From: Mustelus asterias
Lineage: Eukaryota
Direction: 5' to 3'
NCBI RefSeq assembly: GCF_964213995.1
Contig: NC_135830.1
Span: 8,680,001 to 8,744,000 of the forward strand
DNA: 64,000 nucleotides
Below the pieces are notes generated by a model that did not search any database, was not told the DNA's origin, and saw nothing but the letters and a program-made list of their open reading frames with translations. Both the position numbers and the translations under genes were made by a program. Positions 34,285 through 48,006 of the stretch are shown piece by piece (position 1 is the stretch's first letter; each line of letters opens with the position of its first letter).

Positions 34285-34830
34285 CCAAAGAGACACGCAG
34301 ATGCAGAGAGACACACAGATACAGAGACAGACAAACAGATGCAGAGAGAGACACACAGATCCAGAGAGAGAGACAGACAGACGCAGAGAGAGACACACAC
34401 AGATGCAGAGAGAGACAAGGAGAGAAAAATTGCAGAGAAATAGACAGAGAGAAATACAGAGAGACAGACAGACAGAGAAAAATATAGAGCGAGACAGAGA
34501 GAAATACAGAGAGACAGCCAGATACAGAGAGACACACAGATACCGAGAGAGAGAGACACACATATACAAAGAGACGCACAGATACAGACAGACACACACA
34601 GATACAGAGACAGACAAGGACAGAGAAATACAGAGAGAGAAAGGCAGAGAGAAATACAGGGAGATACAAAGAGAGAAATACTGAGAGAGAGACACACACA
34701 GAGAAATACAGAGAGCGACACACAGATACAGAGAGAGAGACAGAGAGAGAGAAACTCAGAGGGAGACATGCAGATTCAGAGACAGAGATAAAGTGACAGA
34801 GAGAAAGAGATAGAGAGAGAAATACAGAGA
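34285..34830. repeat. GA/CA-rich simple repeat
   Basis: Purine-rich AGAGAGACAC-type low-complexity tract. Confidence 0.9.
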
Positions 34831-35009
34831 AGCTGTTTGGACTGCAGGCTGAAAACAATGTTTTTTTGTCTCTGTTCCTGGTGTTGGAAATTCTGCTGTG
34901 GGTGGCTGGTTACCTGAAAGCTAGAGCAACTAATGTTTCTGCCTCGAATTGTGCGAAATGTTCCAGGGCCAGAAAACCTCCGGGTTTCCCGATGACACAA
35001 AGATTGGCC

Positions 35010-35930
35010 AGGTGGTTAACAATGAGGTTGAGTGTCTCAGGTTACATGATGATATAGACGAGATGGCCAAATGGGTGGATAAGTAGCAGATGGAATTAAA
35101 CCCTGAAAAATGTGAGGTGATGCGCTTTGGAAGGAGTAATTTGACAAGGAAATGTGCTATGAAAAGCCCGACACTGGGAAGTTCCGAAGAACAAAGGGAC
35201 CTTGGCGTGTTCGTCCATAGATCTCTTAAGGCGGAAATGCAGGTTAATTGGGTGTTGAAAAAGGCACATGGCACACTCGCCTTTATCAATCGGGGTCTAG
35301 ATTACAAAAGCAGAGAGGTCATGATGGAGTTGCATCGAACTTTGGTGAACCCACAGCTGGAGTACTGCGTGCAGCTCTGGTCGCCACATTGTAGGAATGA
35401 TGTGAAAGCACTGGAGGCAGTGCAGAGGTTATTTGCCAGGATGCCGCCTGGGATGGAACATGTACGTTATAAAGAGAGGCTGTATAGGCTTGAGTTGCTT
35501 TTGTTGGAGCAGAGAAGTCTGAGGGGCGACCTGATTGAGGCGTTGGAAATTATGAGGGGCATGGACAATGTGGATGGAGAGTAGCTGTTCCCCTTAGTTG
35601 AAAGGTCAGTGACGAGTGGACATAGGATAAAAGTGAGGGGTGGGAGGATTAGGGGAGATTTGAGGAAAACGTTATTTACTCAGAGGGTGGTGACAGTCTG
35701 GAATGCATTGCCTGGGCGGAGGGCAGAGGGGTGGGGGTAGAGGCGGGATGACTCACATTCTTTAAAAATTACCTGGATGAGTACTTGGCAAGCCAGAACA
35801 TTCAAGGCTATGGGCCAAGTGCTGGCAAGTGGGATTAGGTGGGCAGATCAGGGCATTTCTTCCGTCATTGCAGACTCGATGGGCCAAAGGCCCTCTCCTG
35901 CACTGCAGTGTTCTGTGATTCTGTGATTCT
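35010..35930 (+). mobile_element. CR1 3' fragment
   Basis: ORF 35090-35584 (NPEKCEVMRFG, QLEYCVQLWSP); ATTCTGTG tail. Confidence 0.9.
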
Positions 35931-37194
35931 CTCTCAATTCCATTTCCACAGGACTAATTCGCAGCAGGTGTTACGAAACTGCAAAATGCTGCATCGTGTG
36001 AGCATACTTGCTTAATTTGCTCAGCCTTGAACAGGATATATGGTTGTGGGTGCTGTTTAGTTTGGGACAGTATATTTAGCTGTTGAGGCTTATCCAAGAT
36101 CATGGTTGGTTTTTTTTTGTAATTGGTAAAAGTTATGCTGATTTCTGTATTATCTGTTAACTGTGTACTTAAGTAAACTTTGTTTGGTAAAAGGTCCCGT
36201 GAGGGACATTTGGATCCTACCTCGAGCGAAATATTTTATGCTTATCCGTGCCAAATTCAAGGTGCAAAACTTCTGCTCTGGGCTGACTTCATAAAACACC
36301 TTGGCGCTTCTGGCCCGGATTATAACAGCTGAATATAAAGTGTTCAGAAGTGTCACAACCCCATCTTATGTTACTACTACTGGTTGGAAGCTTACAGGAC
36401 TTTACGTTTTTCTTTTTTCTTAGATAACATGAGGAACGGAGTCATTGGGCTGCTAATAATTTTTTAACAGAAAAAGCATTTCTTAAACATTAAACGTTTG
36501 ATTATAGTACAATACTCTTTTACTCCCCTCTCAGCTTCACAAATGCGTACTGTTTTCAAAGGTAACACCCTACTCTGAAATTAAATGGCCTATGCCAATC
36601 AACCAATCTTTAGTGGTTTTCTCCTCAAACTCCCTCCAGATGATTGTCACATGAGTATTTTCAATCTCAGAAAAACTGACGCTTTCCATCATTCATTAAC
36701 AATTATTCCATTGTATGGCTTTTTATCCAGCAAAACTGAGAGAGCTGTTCGCTCTCTAGCTTTCCAAAAGCAAGTGTTGTTCAGTTATCTAAAAATGACA
36801 CCCGAAAGGTGCACCTGGTTTGTCAGCAACGACTTTTACTTCTCCCAGCTTGTTTACTTGTTATGTTTTACCCTCTCGAAGCACAGGAGAAACACAGTTT
36901 GAATTGACCAAAAATCCCACAGATACAAACACCCTTGTCCATCATGAATCCAGTTAGAGGTTTTTTCCTCTTACACAGAAACACTAAATTAAACCCACTT
37001 AAAACTATTCCTTACTTCTACTATTGAACAATGCAAATATTGATCATTACCGCTGTTTTCCTGACAGTAGTAAACTGGAAAAACGAACAGCAGACACAGT
37101 TGTTCTGTTGTTCAACTCAATTCCAGCTGGGATCTGGCTGAGAGTCAGATGGAGCATTGCAGCAAGAATAAGAAGAGCGTTAGTGTGATGAAAC

Positions 37195-39295
37195 AACCTT
37201 TTTTGAACCCATCTGAACATGAATTGGGTCTGTGGTGGTTCCGTTGATCAGGATCGCAGCTTCCATGTCATCGTGGAGCAGATGGATGTTGGGGAAAAAC
37301 CTTTGGAGGAGTCAAGGTGGAGGATAATTTTCCATAATCCCTGGCGATTAAAAGTGTGAAAGGGCTTTGTGGGGTTACAGAAAGCCACATACAAAGGTTG
37401 ATGCTGTCATCTGCAGATGCCGCACAGTGAAGATCATATCCATTGTACACCTGAGTGGACGGAATCCACGTCAGGTCTCTGGGAGGAGCGCTGCAGCCAC
37501 AGGGAGAAGACGATTAAGGAAGATTCTTATGATGATCTTCCCTGTGGCTAATAGCAGGGAAATTCCTCTGTAGTTACAGAAGTCAGACTTGTCACCTTTC
37601 TTGAAGATGGTCATGATTGTGGTGTACTTGAGATCTCCTGGCACGTTTTCTTCCTTCCGGGGAATGGAAGTCAGGTCGTGTATTTACAACAATAGTGCTT
37701 TTCCGCTATGTTCTAATTCTTTAACAGGGACTTCATCTGTTCAAGATGGCTTGTTGTTCTTTAGCTGTTGAATGGCCTTTTCTACCTTGTTCCGGTTATG
37801 TTTGTGCTGAGATGGTCATGGATAGCATGTTGTGGAATGGAGTCAAGGACACGCACGTTGAAGATAGAATCTGTGTTAAGGAGGCCCTTCCAACGGGTGC
37901 TGACTGCTTCCATTTTCTTGATGAACATCTCCCCCTTCTTGGCCAACAATGGAGTGGAACCTTGGGTTCTTCGGCTGCAGGTGATCTCAACTGCGGTAAA
38001 GAAACCCTGGCTATCACAGTTGCCAGTTAACTGCTGGATCTCCTGCTCTTTCTCCACGCAGCATCGATTCTTCAAGTCTTTTTTTTATGGAGGTTAGGCT
38101 GCAGAGCTACGTTTTGTTCTCGAGTTGTGCTGCTCCTGCAGGTTCCGAAACGCCTTGACCTTAATGCTGAGAACCATAGAATCCCTACAGTGCAGAAGGA
38201 AGCCATTCAGCCTAATGAGTCTGTACTGACTCAGCACCTTAAACAGGCCCACTTCAACCCCGCCATTTTCAGTAACCCCACTCAGTTTCCATGGCCATTC
38301 GACCTAACCTAGAGAGCTTGGGACACGGATGGCAATTCAGCATGGCCAATCCACTTAACCTGCACATCTTTGTATTTTGGAACGAAACCACAGCACCCGG
38401 AGGAAACACACACAGACATGGCGAGACTGTGCAAACTCCACACAGACAGTCACCCAAGGCCGTCCTCGAACCTGGATCCTTGTGCCACTCTGCGCCCTTA
38501 CCAGCTGCTGGATCTCCGATCGTTCATTCAGCAGTCTTGGTGTTTCCTGGCCAAGTGACCAAGCGTCTCTTTGGAGGTCTTGAGGGCGGAACAGGCGCTG
38601 TGGACACTCTGCATCTCTGGGTCACCAGGATTCATCGGGTTGTCAGTGGGGTGTTGGCTAAATAGGGCTCTCTCAGCAAAGTTTTTTTTAAGTTTAGTTA
38701 TTAATGTCACAAGTACGCTTACATTAACACTGCAATGAATTTACGGTAAAAGTTCCCCAGTCGCCACACTTCAACTCCAATTCGAGTACACTGAGCGAGA
38801 ATTTAACTTGGCCAATGCACCTAACCAGCACGTCTTTCGGGCTGTGGGCGAAAACCGGACCACCCGGAGGAAAGCCACGCAGACATGGGAAGAATGTGCA
38901 GACTCCGCACAGACAATGACCCAGGCCGGGAATTGAACCTGGGGCCACGGCGATGTGAGGCAGTAGCGCTAACTATTGTGCCACTGTGCCTCGCCTGAGC
39001 TTTGTGTTTTCTGCGGCATTGGTTCTGTTTCCGTTTCTGCTTTGGGGTGACATTGATGTTGATCACAGAGCGGATTGGACAGCGGTTTGTCTGGCAGTCT
39101 TTGGCACCTGCCATGGCAGGGATGATAACGCACGTCCTTCCGGTCGCTCGTTCAGACAGTGACATAGTTGGGCAGGTTTCAGTTGGAACGAGTGTGTCGC
39201 CATGTATCTCTGATGGAACAAGATGTTGGCTGTGACAAGGCCGTGTTCTAGGGGTTTTGTCAGGAACAGGGTAGAGTTGCTGTTTAATTTCCTTG
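37195..39295 (-). mobile_element. Degenerate RTE-clade LINE with nested SINEs (about 38170-38500 and 38690-38995)
   Basis: Minus-strand translations GAKDCQTNRCPIRSVININ (end of endonuclease), QGFFTAVEIT, STRWKGLLN and an RT-start region resembling LPE-CGFRP...DMIFTVR; many frameshifts. Confidence 0.65.
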
Positions 39296-39296
39296 G

Positions 39297-40010
39297 GAAA
39301 TGGGGCGAGGACAATAATTTCTCCCTCAATGTCAGTAAATCGAAGGAGCTAGTCGTCAACGTCAGGAAACCTCGTGCAGAACATGTCCCTGTCTTCATCA
39401 AGGTGATGAAGTGGAGATGGTCGAGAACATCAATTTTCCAAATGTTAGAATCACCAACAAACTGTCCTGGTCACTCCATGCTGACGGTGTAGTTAGGAAA
39501 GCGCACCAGTGCCTCCACTTTCTCAGGGAGCTGAGAACATTCAGGTTGTCCACTGCGACACTCACCATTGTTTACAGATGCACCGTAGAAAGCAACCTTT
39601 CTGTATTTATCGCAGTTTGGTATGGCTTCTGCCCTGACCAAGGCTGCAAGAGGTTGCGAACGTAGCCAACTCCATTACACAAACTAGCCTCCCATGATTG
39701 GTTCCGTCCACACTTCCCGCTGCATCAGAAAAGCAGCCAGCATAATCAAGCTCCCCATGTACCACGGATATACTCTCTTCCATCGGGAAAAAAGGTGAAA
39801 GAGTCTGAAAATACGTACCAACCAACTCAGAAACAGGTTCTTTCCTGCTGCCGTCAGAGTTTTGAATTGTCCTATCTTTTATTAAGCTGACCTTTCTCTT
39901 CACCCGAGCTATGACTGTAACTGTATATTCTGCACTCTCTCCTTTTCATTTTCCCCTCTTTACACTATGAACGGTATGGTTGACTGTGCAGCACAAGAAA
40001 CGATGCTTTC
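39297..40010 (+). mobile_element. Rex1/Babar-like LINE fragment
   Basis: LNVSKSKELVV and RKAHQCLHFLRELRTF...YRCTVESNL...WYG motifs; 3' UTR shared with 15854-16335. Confidence 0.75.
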
Positions 40011-41472
40011 ACATTGGAACCAGCACACTGGTTCTGGGTTACGTTGACCCGAAGGTTCATGAGGAATTCACTTATCCCGCCAAGCGAGTCTCAGAGATGG
40101 CAGGCTCGTTTATTTTTGGTGTCAAAGCCAACCCCATAGAGCCAGCGATATTCTTCTGATTTACCTTTCGAGGAGAAAGTTTAACCACCTACTTGTTGTT
40201 CAAGCTGGCCTTGCCCAGCCCACCGGGATTCACTTAGAGTCGTAATGTCATTGTCGAAACGCCTGAGCTCCCAGGCAATGACAGCAGTACACCATTCTGA
40301 TCTGTCCCTGTTGGGATTGTCAATGAGGACCCTGACCTTCCAGATCAAAATCCTATTTTTTGTTTTTGCAAAAATATACTTTAAATATCTGGAAGAACAT
40401 TACAAACATTTCAAAGTGGACATCACACAAAGTACAGTAATATACAGTTTCTCTGCATATATCATGTTGCAATCTGAGGCGCTTCAATACATTCAAAGAA
40501 ACATTGCAGACATTAGAAAATGGTCATTACGAATGGTACAAAGGAATTCCAGTTCAGTACACTCTGTTCTAAATGGTGGTGACGGCATCCAGGTCCTCTT
40601 TTCACCCATTTTCCGAGTTGCTGGCTCCTGTGTCTTCGATTCACTCACTCTGCTCGATGGTTTTTCTTGCAAAGATTCTTTTTTTTGTAAAATGTATGAA
40701 AGAACATTCTGAACAAAATGGCCATCACACAAAGTGCACGAATATTCGAGTGGTCTGCAAAAATCAAGTTGCATTCTGATTGCTTCAATTAATTGTGATA
40801 CATGTAACATGAACCGTGTACATTCTATGTGAATCGTAAGGCCCGAGGGGTTCTTTACGTTTCCCCATCCTCAAATCACGATGGCTGAAAGGACTTACAC
40901 CGCACCCTTACCCCTTTGCACATCTGGGGTGGACGCCTCAAGCTTTAGTGCATCCCTCAGCACGGAGTCCTGGACTCTGGAATGTGTCAGTCTGCAACAT
41001 TCGGTCAGGGACAACACTTTACACTGGAAATCCCCATTTTCCCCCCGCTCATTTCACCTGGACTGCTCTGTTGGTTCAATGGTTTATCTCTTTCTCCTTT
41101 TCTAAACATGGAACATTCACAGCTCTCCCGTGCTCTGGCACCACTCCCATATCCAAGGAGGATTGAAATATTATGGTCAGTATGTTCTATATTCCTGTCC
41201 TCAGTCAACCTCTACATCCAACCCATACCGAGTAAATGTTTGACTTGGTTGTGATACAAAATGTTTTGGATTGAAAGGAGTTAACTGAACTTGTTTGTTT
41301 AGTGAGTGTAATAAATGGCAGCCTCCATGGATCCCAACTGTGTCACTGGAGGGTTTCCCTCTTCGAGTAATAAGGGATTCTTTTCAATGGGAGCATAAAC
41401 TGCGGCACTCACAGCTCGAGTGATAGGGGGAGGAGACATCAGAATCTGAGAATAGATTGGAACGTTACAACA

Positions 41473-41647
41473 ATGGATCAGAATCTCAGAACAATAGATT
41501 GGAATTTTCCAACATTCGATGGAGATTTCCTCTTGAACATTGTCGAGTCCATTGACGTTCAGAGACCATGGGATTACCAGATCAACGATATACTGACACG
41601 TATTCAAGAGGGATATTATCCCGTCCTGGCTATTGTTGGTGTCCCTG
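41473..41647 (+). CDS. GPR139-like orphan class A GPCR, exon 1
   Basis: ACAATGG start; MDQNLRTIDWN...YYPVLAIVGVP (start of TM1); phase-1 donor G/GTAAGT at 41648. Confidence 0.88.
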
Positions 41648-42298
41648 GTAAGTTTCTCTATCCAGTTATTTATTCTAACTGTGTCAGACTGCATTATTTT
41701 TCTGGTTATTTACATTTTGGAAAGAATGAATTCATTCTCTTCAGCTCCAGTCACTCATTACATTCCATATCCCGTGGCTCTACGCATCGCTTTGGTTGCT
41801 ATCAGAGGCTGCTCACAAACTAAATGTCCCTTTGACCCTGACTGGATTTCCAACCCCATATTCTCTCCATCCCAAATCCTGTCCTCGGCCACCTCAATAA
41901 TATCAGACATCCCCACTTCTGCCTCAGCCCAGCCCATCCGTTGAATAAGCCTTCATCTCCGTGCTAATATTCTCATTCTTGGTTTTACTGCTGCAACTAA
42001 TCCCGTTCCTCTGTCCATTCCCCGGATTCCTGCAAATCCTTCCCCTTCAGGATTTGTCCAATTCCCTGTTTGAAATGAATTTCGTTCTCCCACGTGTCTG
42101 TGATATTTACATCCACGTGGTCAAAGTTGCCAGCTTAAAGAAGCTCAGAAGCAAAAGAATGATGTGGGAAGCTCTTACATTTACTTCCCGCTGTCTCAGT
42201 GTGGTATCCATGTTGGAGGGGATGTTGTAACAGCTCTGACACATTTCTTTGTAATTTCGTCTGTACCTGTCCACTGAATGCCTGTGTTAGTCACTTTC

Positions 42299-44018
42299 GT
42301 GATGTGGAGATGCCGGCGTTGGACTGGGGGAAACACAGTAAGAAGTTTAACAACACCAGGTTAAAGTCCAACAGGTTTATTTGGTAGCAAAAGCCACACA
42401 AGCTTTCGGAGCTGCAAGCCCCTTCTTCAGGTGAGTGGGAATTCTGTTCACAAACAGAGCATATAAAGACACAAACTCAATTTACATGAATAATGGTTGG
42501 AATGCGAATACTTACAACTAATCAAGTCTTTAAGAAACAAAACAATGGGAGTGGAGAGAGCATCAAGACAGGCTAAAAAGATGTGTATTGTCTCCAGACA
42601 AGACAGCCAGTGAAACTCTGTGGGAGTTACAAATAGTGTGACATGAACCCAATATCCCGGTTTAGGCCGTCCTTGTGTGTGCGGAACTTGGCTATCAGTT
42701 TCTGCTCAGCGACTCTGCACCGTTGTGTGTCGCGAAGGCCGCCTTGGAGAACACTTACCCGAATATCAGAGGCCGAATGCCCGTGACCGCTGAAGTGCTC
42801 CCCAACAGGAAGAGAACAGTCTTGCCTGATGATTGTCGAGCGATGTTCATTCATCCGTTGTCGCAGCGTCTGCATAGTTTCCCCAATGTACCATGCCTCG
42901 GGACATCCTTTCTTGCAGCGTATCAGGTAGACAACGTTGGCCGAGTTGCAAGAGTATGTACCGTGTACCTGGTGGATGGTGTTCTCACGTGAGATGATGG
43001 CATCTGTGTCGATGAACTGGCACGTCTTGCAGAGGTTGCTGTGGCAGGGTTGTGTGGTGTCATGGTCACTGTTCTCCTGAAGGCTGGGTAGTTTGCTGCA
43101 GACAATGGTCTGTTTGAGGTTGTGCGGTTGTTTGAAGGCAAGAAGTGGGGGTGTAGGGATGGCCTTGGCGAGATGTTCGTCTTCATCAATGACATGTTGA
43201 AGGCTCCGGAGGAGATGCCGTAGCTTCTCCGCTCCGGGGAAGTACTGGACAACGAAGGGTTCTCTGTCCAGTGTCCCGTGTTTGTCTTCTGAGGAGGTCG
43301 GTGCTGTTTCTCGCTGTGGCGCGTTGGAACTGTTGATCAATGAGTCGAGCGCCATATCCTGTTCTTATGAGGGCATCTTTCAGCGACTGGAGGTGTTTGT
43401 TGCGATCCTCCTCATCCGAGCAGATCCTGTGTATACGGAGGGCTTGTCCGTAGGGGATGGCTTCTTTAACGTGTTTAGGGTGGAAGCTGGAGTAGTGGAG
43501 CATCGTGAGGTTATCCGTGGGCTTGCGGTACAGTGAGGTGCTGAGGTGACCGTCCTTAATGGAGATGCATGTGTCCAAGAATGCAACTGATTCCGGAGAG
43601 TAGTCTATGGTGAGTCTGATGGTGGGATGGAACTTGTTGATGTCATCATAGAGTTGTTTCAGTGATTGTTCACCATGAGTCCAAAGGAAGAAAATGTCAT
43701 CGATGTGTCTAGTGTATAGCATCGATTGAAGGTCCCGTGCGGTGAAGAAGTCTTGTTCGAACCTGTGCATGAAGATGTCGGCATATTGAGGTGCGAATTT
43801 GGTCCCCATGGCTGTTCCATGTGTCTGGATGAAGAACTGGTTGTTGAAGGTGAAGATATTGTGGTCCAGGATGAAGCGGATGGGATGTAAAATTGCATCT
43901 GGAAACTGGCAGTTGTTGGCGCCGAGCACTGAGGCCGTTGCAGCAATGCCATCGTCGTGGGGGATGCTGGTGTAGAGTGCCGAGACATCCATTGTGACGA
44001 GGAGCGCTCCTGGTTCAA
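42299..44018 (-). mobile_element. Penelope-like element, 5'-truncated (RT plus GIY-YIG endonuclease)
   Basis: ORF 43186-43992 has MDVSALYTSIP, GTAMG and RHIDD; ORF 42627-43355 has VVYLIRC...WYIGET; pseudo-LTR at about 42299-42626. Confidence 0.95.
42395..42439 (-). ncRNA. Minimal hammerhead ribozyme in Penelope pseudo-LTR
   Basis: Minus strand CAC-CTGAAGA-A-GGGGC(TTGCA)GCTCC-GAAA-GC-TT-GTG. Confidence 0.75.
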
Positions 44019-46194
44019 CTTTCAGTCACTTTCAGCAGGGCATGTGTTCAGCAACACGAGGAACCTCCCTCGAATGTTATTTTTAAAATATATTTTCATT
44101 GAAGTTTTGGCATTTTTACGAATAATACAACACCCTCAAACCTGGTCCAGCACAGCTTGATGATTTCCCCATATATAAACATGGAAACGGACAGGAGGAG
44201 GACAATACAGTTCATTCAGTATGTTCCGTGTGCGCAGCGCCTCCACATATACAAAAAAAAAGAGCAGACAAGTAACAGCATGGGTAAAAGAGGATAAACT
44301 CAGCAGCCGCCGTGTGTACCATCCACAAGATGGATTGCAGCAATTCAACAAAGATCCTTTTACAGCACCTTCCAAAACCACGACCACTTCCATCCAGAAG
44401 GATAAGGTCAGACTGATTTGAAACGTTAACTCAGTTTCACTCTGCACAGATGCTGCAAGAGCTCCTGTGCTTTTCCTGCATTTTTTGTTTTCATTCTAAA
44501 TTTTCAGCATCCGCACTGCTATTTTTTAGTATCGAGCTGGCCAGCGATCGGGAGGCTGGCAGTGCAGGCCACTTCACATGGGCCGATATCAGCACTGACA
44601 GATCGATGCATGTGCAGTGCTACTCAGTGCCATGCTGGCGGCCTCTCCGGCGGGAATATGTATTTCAGCGTGAAGCACATTTGGGCTCCCTGGAGTGCAC
44701 AGAGTGTTGGCGATTCGTTTTGAAACTCCCACCAGGAGGATTTGCTCCAGTTCTGCAGTGAATTTGACGCTTAGAATGTTTTTGAACAATAACTCCCGTG
44801 ATCTTTTCTGTTCTGCATTTCTAATAATTTAAGTGCATGTTAATTTTATGGAAATCAGCTTTTCTTATTGGCGTGTCTGTGGGTTTCAGGAGTAAGTGAT
44901 TGTTCCATTTCCAACGTTTTGCAATCAATAAATGTTTATCCGATGAAAGCCTGTTTTTTGACAGTTCTCAAAAATCACTCCCCTCATGGGTTTAAATACT
45001 TCTTCTCACAATTGCATCTCGTTGCAGTGAATAAGTCAAAGAAAAAAGAACAAAGGAAATTACAACACAGGAACAGGCTCTTTGACCCCCCAAGCCTGCA
45101 CCGGCCATGCTGCCCGAGTGAACGAAAGCCCCCTACCCTTCCAGGTACCATATCCCTCTATTCCTATCCTATTCATGTATTTGTCCAGGCGCCCCTTAAA
45201 AGCTACTATCGTATCTGCTTCCACTACCTCCCCCGGCAGCGAGTTCCAGGCACCCACCACCCTCTGTGTAAAGAACGTGCTTCATACATCTCCTTTAATC
45301 CTTGCCCTTCGCACCTTAAACCTGTGCCCCCAAGTAATTGACTCTTCCACGCTGGGAAAAAACCCTCTGACTATCCACTCTGTCCATGCCCCTCATAATC
45401 CTTTATCAGGTCACCCCTCAACCTCCATCGTTCCAATGCAAACCAAGTTTCTCCTACCTCTCCTCATAGCTGACTCCCTCCATACCAGGCAACATGCTGA
45501 TGAATCTTTTCTGTACCCTCTCAAAAGCCTCCACACCCTTCTGGTAGGGTGGTGACAAGATTTGAACACTCTAGTCCAAGTGCAGCCTAACTAAGGTTCT
45601 ATAAAGCTGCAACACGACTTGCCAATCTTTAAACTCAATGCCCCAGCCGATGAAGGCAAGCATGCCGTATGCCTTCTTGACTACTTTCTCCGCCTGCGTT
45701 GCCACTTTCAGTGACCTGTGTACCTGTACACCCAGATCCCTCTGCCTATCAATTCTCTAAAGGGTTCTGCCATTTATTGCATATTTCCTATCTGAATTGG
45801 ACCTGCCAAAATGCATTGCCTCACATTTGTCCAGGTTAAACTTCATCTGCCATCTCTCTGCCCAAGTCACCAACCGATGTATATCCCACTCTGTCATCTG
45901 ATGGTCCTCATCACTATTCGCATATCCACTAACGTTTGTGTCGTCTGCAAACTTACTAATCAAACCAGTTACATTTTCCTCCAAATCATTTATATATATT
46001 ACGAACAGCAAAGGTCTCGCACTGATCCCTGAGGAACGCCACCTGTCACAGCCCCCTATTCAGAAATACACACTTCCACTTCTGTCTTCTATGACCGACA
46101 TGATGTGGAGATGCCGGCGTTGGACTGGGGTAAACACATTAAGAAGTCTCACAACACCAGGTTAAAGTCCAACAGGTTTATTTGGTTGCAAAAG

Positions 46195-46240
46195 CCACGA
46201 GCTTTCGGAGCGCTCGCTGCTCCTTCATCAGGTGAGTGGG
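46195..46240 (-). ncRNA. Minimal hammerhead ribozyme
   Basis: Minus strand CAC-CTGATGA-A-GGAGC(AGCGAGC)GCTCC-GAAA-GC-TC-GTG; canonical CUGAUGA/GAAA core with CUC triplet. Confidence 0.85.
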
Positions 46241-47960
46241 AGTTCTGTTCACAAACGGGGCATATAAAGACACCAACTCAATTTACAAAATAATGGTTGG
46301 AATGCGAGTCTTTACAGCTAATCAAGTCTCAAAGGTTCAGACAACGTGAGTGGAGAGAGCGTTAAGCACACGTTAAAGATTTGTGCATTGTGTCCAGACA
46401 GGACAGGTAGTTAGATTTCGCAAGCCCAGGCAAGTCTTGCGGGTTACAGATAGTGTGACATAAACCCACGATCCCGGTTGAGGCCATCCTCATGTGTGCG
46501 GAACTTGGCTATCAGTTTCTGCTCAGCGACTCTGCGTTGTCGTGTGTCGTGAAGGCCGCCTTGGAGAACGCTTACCCGAAGATCAGAGGCCGAGTGCCCG
46601 TGACCGCTGAAGTGTTCCCCAACAGGAACAGAACACTCTTGCCTGGTGATTGTCGAGCGGTGTTCATTCATCCATTGTCGGAGCGCCTGTATGGTCTCCC
46701 CAATGTACCATGCCTTGGAACATCCTTTCCTGCAGCGTATCAGTGATGCCATCATCGTGGGGGCAACCAACGCTATACACTCGATACATCGATGACATTT
46801 TCTTCCTTTGGACTCATGGTGAACAATCATTGAAACAACTATATGCTGACACCGCAAGACCACGGATAACCTCACGATGCTCCACTTCTCCAGCTTCCAT
46901 CCTAAACACGTTAAAGAAGCCATCCCCGACGGACAAGCCCTCCGTATACACAGGATCTGCTCAGATGAGGAGGATCGCAACAGACACCTCCAGACGCTGA
47001 AAGATGCCGTCTTAAGAAAATGATATGGCGCTCGCCTCATCGATCGACAGATCCGAAGCGCCACAGTGAAAAACCGCACCGACCTCCTCAGAAGACAAAC
47101 ACGGGACACGGTGGACAGAGTACCCTCCATCGTCCAGTACTTCCCCAGAGCGGAGAAGCTACGACATCTTCTGCAGAGCCTTCAACACATCATTGATGAA
47201 GACGAACATCTCGCCAAGGACATCCCCACACCCCCACTTCTTGCCTTCAAACAGCCACACAACCTCAAACAGACCATTGTCTGCAGCCAACTACCCAGCC
47301 TTCAGGAGAACAGTGACCACGACAGCACAGAACCCCATCACAGCAACCTCTGCAAGACGTGCCAGAACATCGACACGGATGCCATCATCTCACGTGAGAA
47401 CACCATCCACCAGGTACACGGTACATACCCTTGCAACTCGGCCAACGTTGTCCACGTGATACGCTGCAGGAAAGGATGTCCTGAGGCATGGTACATTGGG
47501 GAGACCATGCAGGCGCTACGACAATGGATGAATGAACACCGCTCGACAATCACCAGGGGCAAGAGTGTTCTCTTCCTGTTGGGCAACACTTCAGCGGTCA
47601 CGGGCATTCGGCCTCTGATCTTTGGGTAAGCGTTCTCCAGGGCGGCCTTAACGACACATGACAACGCGGAGTCGCTGAGCAGAGACTGATAGTCAAATTC
47701 CACACGCATGAGGACGGCCTCAATCGGGATCTTGGGTTCATGTCACACCATCTGTAACCCCCACGACTTGCCTGGGTTTGCAAAATCTCACTAACTGTCC
47801 TGTCTGAAGACAATACACATCTCTTTAACCTGTGCTTAACGCTCTCTCCACCCACATTGTCAGCACCTTTGAGACTTGACTACATGTAAAGACTCGCATT
47901 CCAACCATTATTTTGTAAATTGAGTTTGTATCTTTATATGCCCTGTTTGTGAACACATCT

Positions 47961-48006
47961 CCCACTCACCTGACGAAGGAGCAGCGAGCGCTCCGAAAGC
48001 TAGTGG
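47961..48006 (+). ncRNA. Minimal hammerhead ribozyme
   Basis: CAC-CTGACGA-A-GGAGC(AGCGAGC)GCTCC-GAAA-GC-TA-GTG. Confidence 0.82.

Noticed and set aside
34123-34858. Overlapping ORFs of 100-230 aa
   Set aside because: Products of a GA/CA simple repeat that lacks stop codons; low-complexity translations. The same applies to 53523-54043.
40330-41290. Possible L1/Tx1-like LINE 3' remnant on the minus strand
   Set aside because: Too degenerate to support without a database search.
41648-41823. C-terminal half of the 116-aa ORF 41473-41823
   Set aside because: Read-through past a consensus splice donor into intron.
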